Of a stretch of 64,000 nt of DNA, positions 37,301 through 45,474 are shown piece after piece. The DNA is from a virus (lineage: Duplodnaviria > Caudoviricetes): positions 32,001-96,000 of the IMG/VR virus record IMGVR_UViG_3300009031_000368; one strand, given 5' to 3'. The first letter of the stretch is position 1, and each line of letters starts with the position of its first letter. The notes beneath the pieces were generated by a model that did no database searches, was not told where the DNA came from, and saw only the letters and a list, made by a program, of their open reading frames with translations. Both the position numbers and the translations under genes were made by a program.

Positions 37301-38076
37301 AATACCTTCTTTTCAAAATACTGTAGTTTTACGGTTGAATCTAACTGTATTTCATCGACATCAATCTTGAACCGCCAACCGCCATATGTTGGATCTGTCA
37401 ATGTCCGTTCAATACGCTTCAACAGTTTCGGCCTAGCGTCAAACAAATCATCAACGGCTGGCCGCCAATGTGGTTTTAACGCTTCACCGATACCGAATTC
37501 AGCTCTAAGAACCTGGAAAGCAAAATCCTTAACCGCTGACTGTCCGACATATCCGATCGGTGTTGTTGGGAAATCAATATCGGTTCCATTCCGCACAATA
37601 TCTGCGATTGACTTCCATTCCGATTTTATTCTATCGTTAAGAATATCGATTTCTCTAGCCGTTACATGACGAGACGTTGCTTTAAGATTCTCTGTCGGTC
37701 TAAATGGAACCAATCCAGCCGGCCATGGTGAGTAATCAACCAATATCTGTTCAATTACGCTTAACGGTCTAGCTTCAGATGTAAACGAGATAACGGTTTG
37801 ATTCACTGTTTGCTCGGTAATTGTTTCCAACATGTCGGCGTCAGATGTGACGATATATGCCGATGTTTCTTTTGCAATACGTTTAACTGTTATCGAATCA
37901 CCGTAACCTTCAAATTGTCCACCTGACGGCGCATAATGCGATACTCGTTCTGCCAGTATTCGAGCTGCCTCATAGGTAACCATATCGTTAGCCGCATTGA
38001 TGCGCTTCGGCAATTCATTCATGAATTTAAACAACAGCTTTGCATCACTGCCAAGCACAAATTCAAAATATTTCAT
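37297..38076 (-). CDS. tail completion / HK97 gp10-like protein
   Basis: A..LAE.V...AP and EFG...KPHWRPA; position between neck and tail. Confidence 0.4.
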   Translation of the reverse strand: MKYFEFVLGSDAKLLFKFMNELPKRINAANDMVTYEAARILAERVSHYAPSGGQFEGYGDSITVKRIAKETSAYIVTSDADMLETITEQTVNQTVISFTSEARPLSVIEQILVDYSPWPAGLVPFRPTENLKATSRHVTAREIDILNDRIKSEWKSIADIVRNGTDIDFPTTPIGYVGQSAVKDFAFQVLRAEFGIGEALKPHWRPAVDDLFDARPKLLKRIERTLTDPTYGGWRFKIDVDEIQLDSTVKLQYFEKKVL

Positions 38077-38438
38077 ACGCGAAACTGTATCTTCTTTTGT
38101 TGAAGTGTCTTGTATCCCTTCGGCTCAACGGAACGTCGCCAAAGGTTAAACTCATCAAAATGTTCACCACATACACCTATTATCGATTCAGAACCGCCGA
38201 CCTTAAGTCCAAATTCTGCCTCAATGCCACATCTAAAACATGTCGTTGTTCTAAGTTGTGTCGTCAATGGACCTTCGTATTGTGGAAAATCCATACCGCC
38301 CATCGGGCCGCGACATTCATTGCCAGTTAGTCCGGCTTCGCATGTTGAATTTCCAGCATCAATGGAACGCCATAATTTAAGGCACATGCTGCATGTGTGG
38401 CTAAAACCTTCTGCCATCAATTGTTTTGGATCAGCCAT
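38073..38438 (-). CDS. Cys-rich Zn-binding protein; start corrected to MADPKQ
   Basis: CSMC, CFRC, GVCGEH; ATG overlaps the end of the upstream ORF. Confidence 0.6.
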   Translation of the reverse strand: MADPKQLMAEGFSHTCSMCLKLWRSIDAGNSTCEAGLTGNECRGPMGGMDFPQYEGPLTTQLRTTTCFRCGIEAEFGLKVGGSESIIGVCGEHFDEFNLWRRSVEPKGYKTLQQKKIQFRV

Positions 38439-38964
38439 CCAGTATACGTCCTTTAATAATAGATTTTGCCACGACCGGACACTTGCCGATTTCGCGCAAT
38501 CGATTGCGTGGCAAGATGCCGGATTCAATCAATGCGGTAAATGCTGCACCTATCGCGCTTGACTCAATATCCATAAAGCGTGTTGCCGTTTCAGACAGTG
38601 TGCCGGTTATAAGCGCATTGTAGAAGTCGCGTGCAGTTTGATTGCCACAAGATAGATGTCGCTCGATAAGCTTGGTTCCTGTTTCAGTCTTATCCTCTCG
38701 GTACAGATCCATCTTGCGCATCACCGCGTCAACTGTTTTTCTACGCTCGTAATCGGACAACATTCCGAACAATACAAAGCTGTCCTTTAAGGCAACATAT
38801 AGCTTTTCCGGATCAGATAGTATGTCTTCATCCAATCCTTCTCGTTGTAGACTCTTGACGGCACGTACCGTAGCATGTAACCTGGTAGGAGATATGTTGC
38901 TATGTGTCTTGCGCCAATCGCGTCTTACCTGCGATCGTTCGGCTTCTTCTAATCGTAAAAACAT
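38431..38964 (-). CDS. hypothetical protein, 177 aa
   Basis: Packed ORF. Confidence 0.6.
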   Translation of the reverse strand: MFLRLEEAERSQVRRDWRKTHSNISPTRLHATVRAVKSLQREGLDEDILSDPEKLYVALKDSFVLFGMLSDYERRKTVDAVMRKMDLYREDKTETGTKLIERHLSCGNQTARDFYNALITGTLSETATRFMDIESSAIGAAFTALIESGILPRNRLREIGKCPVVAKSIIKGRILDG

Positions 38965-38965
38965 A

Positions 38966-39640
38966 TCACTCCTCTGATATCGGAATAAATTGAGAGCTGG
39001 TGTTCAACATCCTTGCCGGATCAAATTTTGTCGTCGATTCACATGTAAGGATTAACTCGATCCAATAATCGGTAAAGTCAATCGTTTTACCATAATTCAC
39101 ATCAGCTATTACAAAATAGTATGGACCTATTCGTTGACCGCCTGTTAAATCTTTCATTGACGTATTGCCAACATCAAGTATTTCAACAATGTCACCAGTC
39201 GCCGGCATTCTTATTTTCTCTTCTACAGGTACATCTATCATGCTGGCTTCACGCAACGATTGCCTCGGCACATTTATCATAAACATGCTGGCCGAATACT
39301 TGTTGCCGTTTTCATCGGTCATTGTTGTGATGATGTCAGATGGCTTTAGCTGATACAATCCACGAAGCCCATACGGGCCATCATAAACTGTTCCTGTTTC
39401 ACCGACCGTTTGATTATCGGTTGGCTGATTACCATAAAGCAACGATGATTCGATATAGGTTGGATTAAATCGCTTTGTTTGGTCAAGACAATATAAATTT
39501 ATAGCCGGCATCTTCACAATGGCACCACCAACTCCCATCCGCTCCATCTTTTTCAATACTTTTTCCGATGGAGGCCAATGTAGTTTGCCCATTGTGTTGC
39601 ACCGTATGGCAGAATGGTCACCAACAATGAAACCAATCAT
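38966..39640 (-). CDS. neck / head-closure protein (gp14-like)
   Basis: SLLYG, P.TGDIVEI, YFVI.DV beta pattern; downstream of the gp13-like gene. Confidence 0.45.
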   Translation of the reverse strand: MIGFIVGDHSAIRCNTMGKLHWPPSEKVLKKMERMGVGGAIVKMPAINLYCLDQTKRFNPTYIESSLLYGNQPTDNQTVGETGTVYDGPYGLRGLYQLKPSDIITTMTDENGNKYSASMFMINVPRQSLREASMIDVPVEEKIRMPATGDIVEILDVGNTSMKDLTGGQRIGPYYFVIADVNYGKTIDFTDYWIELILTCESTTKFDPARMLNTSSQFIPISEE

Positions 39641-39654
39641 TGCTGGTGAATCAA

Positions 39655-40020
39655 TTAAGTAGGCTCAGTTCGCTTTGGTCCAAGCACCAACAGGAACGTG
39701 TCGCCGGCCGCATTGTAATCGGCTGCTTCATTGGTAATCGTTAGACCATCGGCTGAGAGATCGAAGTTAGAACCTGGACGCCACAACAGCACGGCGGCCC
39801 CACTTGCGTCTCGCACAAATGCACCAATCACCGAAGTGACGGCAAAGTCAAGATCAATGTCTGCGCCGGTTGCCGGGCCGGAACCACTTAGATCAACAAG
39901 CTGAACGGAACGAAGGAAATCTGCCTCAAGCAGCTGGAAAGCCGAATCAACTTCATCCCTCAATTCGCTGGCACGAGTCGGATCGCCATAGCGGGATCCG
40001 ATAAAATACTTTGAACCCAT
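39655..40020 (-). CDS. hypothetical virion protein, 121 aa, beta-rich
   Basis: AGGAG RBS. Confidence 0.65.
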   Translation of the reverse strand: MGSKYFIGSRYGDPTRASELRDEVDSAFQLLEADFLRSVQLVDLSGSGPATGADIDLDFAVTSVIGAFVRDASGAAVLLWRPGSNFDLSADGLTITNEAADYNAAGDTFLLVLGPKRTEPT

Positions 40021-40038
40021 AAAATACTCCTTTTTGGA

Positions 40039-40323
40039 CTAAACTGTAATGTCCTTGAACAACTCTTTAAACTTTTCGTTTTTGCCTTTATTGTCGCGTT
40101 CAAATGAATGCTTCATGTTGCGCCTTGTCCCCTTTTGTGTCGACTTGGTGCCGCCATGTTTAAGATATCCATTCCTCTGAAGCGACTTCCTCGCTATATT
40201 AAACGCATGCTGCGTGGTTAACTTTTTATCCTTCTTAGATATAGCAACCGTAGCGTGCCGCAATAATGACGGAATATCGGCTAACGATGACTCACTGATA
40301 ACTATATCTAAACTGATAAACAT
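40039..40323 (-). CDS. basic protein, 94 aa, weakly ChaB-like
   Basis: HAFNIARKSLQRNG resembles RAYASAHAVLQRQG in 15492-16073. Confidence 0.5.
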   Translation of the reverse strand: MFISLDIVISESSLADIPSLLRHATVAISKKDKKLTTQHAFNIARKSLQRNGYLKHGGTKSTQKGTRRNMKHSFERDNKGKNEKFKELFKDITV

Positions 40324-40325
40324 TG

Positions 40326-40637
40326 TTAGCTCGATGCCATTCTTTTTGTTATCGCGGTAATGTCTGCAATATTCTTGCGAATCTCAGTCTCGTATATGCC
40401 TTGAATCTTATTCAACGCTGAAGCAATCATCGAAAGCTTTGCCGCAACTTCTTTACCATCAACGCGAGTCTCCACATACTGTGAGAATTCAATCATGCTG
40501 TTGACGTTGCCAAGCATCCCGGCCAACCGGCCATTGAGCTGAAACAGTAAGTCTACGACACTGTAGCTATCCAGATTCTTCTTTTTCTTTGCTTCTGTTA
40601 GTTCATCGAATACTGAACGCATTATTCTTTGCCGCAT
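40326..40637 (-). CDS. putative internal head protein (MRQRIMRSVF leader)
   Basis: Shared leader, then ELTEA. Confidence 0.6.
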   Translation of the reverse strand: MRQRIMRSVFDELTEAKKKKNLDSYSVVDLLFQLNGRLAGMLGNVNSMIEFSQYVETRVDGKEVAAKLSMIASALNKIQGIYETEIRKNIADITAITKRMASS

Positions 40638-40646
40638 AGTTAATTC

Positions 40647-40928
40647 CTAAAGTTGTTTGACTTTACTCGATATTGTGTCTATTAGATCAATGACCCCGTT
40701 TGTTCTATCATCAAATGCCTCAGCAATATTGGTAATTATATTATCTAAAGATCTTGTGCCGTACTGAATCGTTTTTATTAAGCCGGGCTGATCAGACGTA
40801 ACTTCTAGAGACTCGTTTTTAACGATTTCAGCCAAGTTCATCATTCTGACAATATTTTCGTATGTCACACCAGATAAAGCCTTAAGCAACTTAATATTGT
40901 TTTTTAGTTTATCGTTTATTGAATCCAT
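40647..40928 (-). CDS. hypothetical helical protein, 93 aa
   Basis: GGAG RBS. Confidence 0.6.
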   Translation of the reverse strand: MDSINDKLKNNIKLLKALSGVTYENIVRMMNLAEIVKNESLEVTSDQPGLIKTIQYGTRSLDNIITNIAEAFDDRTNGVIDLIDTISSKVKQL

Positions 40929-40958
40929 GTATCATCAACTCCAAACAAGTATATCGTA

Positions 40959-41513
40959 TTATCTACGGCTATGTCCTAAAACTTTTGTTCCGAATGTCTG
41001 AGCATACATCTGATCTGCCAATTCATTGATGCCGCCATCCTGCACAAACGCATCGATGACTTCACCTTCAGCATCCCAAACAGCCTGAATATCTTCTCTC
41101 AACGGACCATACGAAGCATCCCCGCTCACGCGGCCAGCAAACTCCTTAGCGTTTTTCAACATCTTTGACACGATGCGAAGTTCTGCAACGACTTCTGACA
41201 GTTTTGAATACGCGGCTCTTACGTTACGTTCTACTTCCTTTCGGGCTGCTTTCTCTCTTGCATTGAATTCCTCATCTGGTTCAAATGCCTCAACTGTTAA
41301 TCCGAGCTCTTTCCGCATGGCTTTTGCGGTATTTATGGCATCCTGCTTATCGTTGGTGTAATAGGTTTTGCCTTCATCACGCTTACCGTTACGCTTAACG
41401 ACAACGACCCAATCGCCAGAAGAATCTTTCTTCTGCCTCATGACTTCATATACATCTGCTGACGACTCAACCAATGAGTCTACCACTGCTTTCAATACAC
41501 GGTTACCGTTCAT
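40959..41513 (-). CDS. putative internal head protein, 184 aa
   Basis: Leader VLKAVVDSLVES; internal LTVEA. Confidence 0.55.
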   Translation of the reverse strand: MNGNRVLKAVVDSLVESSADVYEVMRQKKDSSGDWVVVVKRNGKRDEGKTYYTNDKQDAINTAKAMRKELGLTVEAFEPDEEFNAREKAARKEVERNVRAAYSKLSEVVAELRIVSKMLKNAKEFAGRVSGDASYGPLREDIQAVWDAEGEVIDAFVQDGGINELADQMYAQTFGTKVLGHSRR

Positions 41514-41516
41514 ACA

Positions 41517-42245
41517 TCATCCTATAATAAAACCAATTGGCTTCTGTTTCACTTCTTCCATAATGGTCATCATCTCTTCCTTCGCCTCTTCCAACAATGT
41601 CTGCCCATCGGCGATCTCTACATTATCCCCCGGACCTGGTAGATTTCCATACTTGCTTCTAATGCGTCCAAGCACCTTCTTAGCTTCCGCTTCAGCCCAA
41701 CGCAAATAATACAACTGTTCGCTTGGCGTCATGGCATCATAATCGATATCCTTCGACACATAACTGTAATGCACATATCCACCCGAAGATGCCGGTACAG
41801 CCATTGGATAGATACGGATCTTCCGCTCACTTCTTACGTATTCCCAATCACGCTCCGCGCCAAACACTCTAGCCGTCATTTCAATATGGTTCTGCATCTG
41901 ATAGATGTCACCAACTCCACCACCACGACCTGGCCTGAACAGTGTAGCCGGGATAGCCCTAGCGTCACTGAATGTTCCAGGATCAATCATAGCCAAGTAA
42001 TCGGTTGAGCGTCCACTTAGATTTACTTCCAATACCTGAGAACAATCATCGGCTACCGTTATTTCTCGCTCGCCTGAACCGTATTGTGTAACCGCTTCTT
42101 TGATGGTGCCAAACCATGTCAGAAACCATATGTCGGTATAATCTAAAGCGTCTTCAAAGTCATCGCCATCTAGCTCATCGCAGAAATCTCCACCGAGCCT
42201 ACGCTTGATTTTTCCGATGACACGTTCGCGGGTGAGCTTTTCCAT
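41517..42245 (-). CDS. neck / head-tail adaptor (T4 gp13-like)
   Basis: I.KIKRRLG....ELD.DD.EDA; A.AK..LGRIRSKY..+PGP...+...G..L..EA.EE. Confidence 0.8.
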   Translation of the reverse strand: MEKLTRERVIGKIKRRLGGDFCDELDGDDFEDALDYTDIWFLTWFGTIKEAVTQYGSGEREITVADDCSQVLEVNLSGRSTDYLAMIDPGTFSDARAIPATLFRPGRGGGVGDIYQMQNHIEMTARVFGAERDWEYVRSERKIRIYPMAVPASSGGYVHYSYVSKDIDYDAMTPSEQLYYLRWAEAEAKKVLGRIRSKYGNLPGPGDNVEIADGQTLLEEAKEEMMTIMEEVKQKPIGFIIG

Positions 42246-42246
42246 G

Positions 42247-42771
42247 TCAGGATTTTATCCTCGCGCCCGTCATGAATGCTTTATGGGTTGGACGGCCATT
42301 AATTTCCGCCAGTCCATCTTTGACAAGAAGCAACTTTGTCATATCGTCAAAGCCGTTCCATACGACGGATACCCATTGTCGATCTTTGTTTGTCGCAAAA
42401 TCTTTATCGGCATTGAATGCAGCCACATACCATCTATACTTCACATCTTCTGAAAGCTTTGTCTTACGTGAATCCCTTACAAAGTCCATAATGGCATCTG
42501 CGGCCATATCCCAATTCCTGGTATTGCTCATCCAATCTGGCGGTGTATTGCCATACCGGGCTGACTTGACAATCACGACTTTTATACCAAACTGTGCGGC
42601 TTGACGTCTCGCGAATTCCAATTCATCATCGGTGGCTGGACCGCCGTAATCGCTAAAGGCTTCCCAATCTGCTGAAAGCTTCATTGCCGGAATTCTAGTC
42701 TCTTGTAAAGGTGCCTGCTCAGCAAGAAAGTCTCGTATTGCCGTTATGTTTTCAATAAAGTCATTGTTCAT
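42247..42771 (-). CDS. putative internal head protein (ITAIRDFLAE leader)
   Basis: Shared leader. Confidence 0.6.
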   Translation of the reverse strand: MNNDFIENITAIRDFLAEQAPLQETRIPAMKLSADWEAFSDYGGPATDDELEFARRQAAQFGIKVVIVKSARYGNTPPDWMSNTRNWDMAADAIMDFVRDSRKTKLSEDVKYRWYVAAFNADKDFATNKDRQWVSVVWNGFDDMTKLLLVKDGLAEINGRPTHKAFMTGARIKS

Positions 42772-42779
42772 AAAACAGT

Positions 42780-43562
42780 TTATACTCTACCACGAATCAA
42801 TGCAACAAGATCTGGTTTTGGAATCCGCACTTCGATTTCACTAAGCCGGATGCCGCGCAGTTCAGCTTCCTTGATCCATCGGCTCTTGCGCCAGTCGTCC
42901 ATATTGTCTGGGAATGGTGTAAATTGAGCTTGAGACGATTCAGAGAATCCAACAACTGGAACCTGTTCCGGCTCATGTATGAAGCCAGTCTTTGATTCAT
43001 TGGTAATGAATTGAACACTATTTGTTGAAGCCGTTGACTCGAATGTCGGGCCAGCCACAAGCGCGGCAACTTCGGCCGGGGACGCAATTGATTGCATATC
43101 TGGTTCACCGCCGATTGTGGCCATAACTGGTGCCGGCATTGAAACTGCTACCGACACTTGCTCGAATGCCTGTTGACCATCAACGTCTGGATTGCCGTCA
43201 ATATCCACCGCCGTATACTTCAAATTGAATATCGATGACTGACCGGTTGATTCGGCAAACTCGTTAGGGGTTTTCTGCACCGTTAACGCGGATCTTCCCG
43301 TTGACACGGTGACGGTTCTATTTCCGCCAACTACACGCTGTGGGACATCGGAAAGTTGAACCTGAACCATCTCACCTTTGCCGTTCTTTGTTAGCTTTAC
43401 CAGGAATCCACTCTTTACCGCTCTGTCCAGAGAACCATCTTCATCATTGCTTTCAACAATATCACTCTTATTGATGAATAGCTTTTCACGTTTTCCGTCA
43501 CGCTTAATGGTAATCCATGTTCCGTTACGCGGGCATTTGGAGCTTAACTTATAATAAAACAT
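42780..43562 (-). CDS. hypothetical protein with C-terminal Rho-N/HeH-like helical motif
   Basis: W.KS.W.K.AE.RGI......KPDLVALI at the C-terminus. Confidence 0.5.
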   Translation of the reverse strand: MFYYKLSSKCPRNGTWITIKRDGKREKLFINKSDIVESNDEDGSLDRAVKSGFLVKLTKNGKGEMVQVQLSDVPQRVVGGNRTVTVSTGRSALTVQKTPNEFAESTGQSSIFNLKYTAVDIDGNPDVDGQQAFEQVSVAVSMPAPVMATIGGEPDMQSIASPAEVAALVAGPTFESTASTNSVQFITNESKTGFIHEPEQVPVVGFSESSQAQFTPFPDNMDDWRKSRWIKEAELRGIRLSEIEVRIPKPDLVALIRGRV

Positions 43563-43579
43563 TTATTACTCCACCGTTA

Positions 43580-43909
43580 TCAAACAAGCTTTTTAATCGC
43601 AGCAACGGCTTGTTCTGCGGCCAATTGAATTTCCATTGATTGTCTGTCAATACTGGCAAGGATATTTCTCAATGCCTTTTTAGTATCGCGATCGGATCCT
43701 TCAATTTTTTCGTCTAAAGTTTCAATAAAACTATCAAGACTAGCCATGATACCTTTAAACTTAAATACCGCCATACCGACAAGAGCGCCGGCATTCAATT
43801 GAGTTGATTCTTTCATCAAATATCTGTATTGATTTTCATCAATCCGCATACATGCCTCATACAAAAATGGACCAGACGTCCAGCCTGATCCATCTGTTAT
43901 TGATATCAA
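43580..43909 (-). CDS. helical protein, paralog of 49250-49516 and 48819-49224
   Basis: MAVFKFKGIMASLDSF versus MSNFKLKGILANLDKF. Confidence 0.6.
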   Translation of the reverse strand: MISITDGSGWTSGPFLYEACMRIDENQYRYLMKESTQLNAGALVGMAVFKFKGIMASLDSFIETLDEKIEGSDRDTKKALRNILASIDRQSMEIQLAAEQAVAAIKKLV

Positions 43910-43955
43910 AATGTCTGGTCTGACTGTATTGAATCAACGATACAGTCAGAATGTT

Positions 43956-45455
43956 TTACGGCAGGGTGACGTCGATTACGCCATAGAATTCAGGACGCAA
44001 CAGCTTCTTAGCATATCGCATCTTGATTCCCTTACGCGCCGAGAAGTCGTCAGGATCCTCAAGGGTCTGAGTCAGCTTCATCGGAACGTATGGTGCATAC
44101 ACGTAACCTGAGTCCAGGTAACTCTGTCCCTTAAGACCAACCAGGATTGTAGTCTGGTTAGCCATCAGCGGATCGATATATACCATCATTCGGTTAAACA
44201 GTGTACCGACTGCCTGCACGCCGAAATCACTTGACATCGGGCCATAGCTTGGCTGACGAATATGGGTCTGCATACCGTCGCCACCATATGGATTCTGCAC
44301 ATTCTTGGCATAAACCAGCGGTGCAAAGTCACCATGAGTAGTCAGCTGTTGCATATACGCGGCAATCTTTGGCGAAGTAACGATCCAGTTGGCAGGTGCG
44401 CGCATCGAACCAGTATGGATTTGAGCCGACATGGTGCTGATAACGGTCAACAGACCACGGATTCGGTTAATCTCATTCGGATCATCGCCACCACCAAGGT
44501 CATAACTGTCGGTGTATGAAGCATTGCTGATCAGGTCATTGATGATTTCTCGATCAACTTCAAGCGCCATCTGATTACTGAAGATGGCAACCAGTTCCTG
44601 CTCAGCATCCAGTCCATACATGGACTTCATGTCTTCCTGAGCGGTTGAACTCCATCGCGCCCGCATGCGTCGTTCAGTCGCCTTCACAACCTCCATGCTG
44701 ATTTCGATGTTGATCTCAGGAACCTGATCGTTCATTTCATTGTTGTACCAATAGACGGCAACAATGGTTGCACCATCGGCTGGCGCATCGGTGAACTTCA
44801 GGTTACTGACTCGTCCAGTCGTATAGTTGACGGTTCCGGTACCGGCTCCACCGAATGAGCCAGAACCATCGTCGACAACAACCTGAGTAGAATCATCCGG
44901 GTTGGTTGCCGTAATGGTAACGCTGATACCATTGGTGCTATCCAGTGGTCGCACCGGCTTCCAATTGAGTGTCGCATTCAGTCCTAGACCAGCTCCACCG
45001 TAATTGGTACCATCACCTGTTCCGACTGACTCTTCATCAATCTTTTCAGACGAATAGTTGGCACTGAAGGTCTGGATAACCTTATCGCCAGCAGTAATGG
45101 AACCCTTGGTGGTCGCATACTTGGCTTCGTAATAGAACACGGCGCCGTATGGGCCAGTCATCGGCTGAATTGACACCAATTCGTTAGCAATCAGGTTGGG
45201 GAAAATTCGCCTAATGGCCGGGAACAGATACTTGGTATAGGTAGCAATATTGCCAGTCAAAGTATCTTCATTCAGTGCGCCACGCACGAAGTTATACTGA
45301 TTGTTTAACAGAATGGCGGTTGCATTCCGCTTGTGTGGATCCTTAATGTTGCCAACCAGTGGTGCCCAGTTGCGCACAACCCTATTGACCCAACTATCAT
45401 CCTGAATTGTCCCGCGCACATCTTCCTGCATGGGCTTTCGATTTCTTGCTTGCAT
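43956..45455 (-). CDS. major capsid protein (T4 gp23-like) with an inserted beta-domain
   Basis: A.ELVSIQPMTGP.G.VFY, A.ERRMRARWS..AQEDM..MYGLDAEQEL, E+DREII, YAPYVP, RYAK. Confidence 0.97.
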   Translation of the reverse strand: MQARNRKPMQEDVRGTIQDDSWVNRVVRNWAPLVGNIKDPHKRNATAILLNNQYNFVRGALNEDTLTGNIATYTKYLFPAIRRIFPNLIANELVSIQPMTGPYGAVFYYEAKYATTKGSITAGDKVIQTFSANYSSEKIDEESVGTGDGTNYGGAGLGLNATLNWKPVRPLDSTNGISVTITATNPDDSTQVVVDDGSGSFGGAGTGTVNYTTGRVSNLKFTDAPADGATIVAVYWYNNEMNDQVPEINIEISMEVVKATERRMRARWSSTAQEDMKSMYGLDAEQELVAIFSNQMALEVDREIINDLISNASYTDSYDLGGGDDPNEINRIRGLLTVISTMSAQIHTGSMRAPANWIVTSPKIAAYMQQLTTHGDFAPLVYAKNVQNPYGGDGMQTHIRQPSYGPMSSDFGVQAVGTLFNRMMVYIDPLMANQTTILVGLKGQSYLDSGYVYAPYVPMKLTQTLEDPDDFSARKGIKMRYAKKLLRPEFYGVIDVTLP

Positions 45456-45474
45456 CTATAAACTTCCTTTCAAA

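Noticed and set aside
43911-44111. 66-aa minus-strand ORF overlapping the MCP 3' end as a possible frameshift extension
   Set aside because: I found no slippery heptamer or RBS, and its composition is unremarkable.
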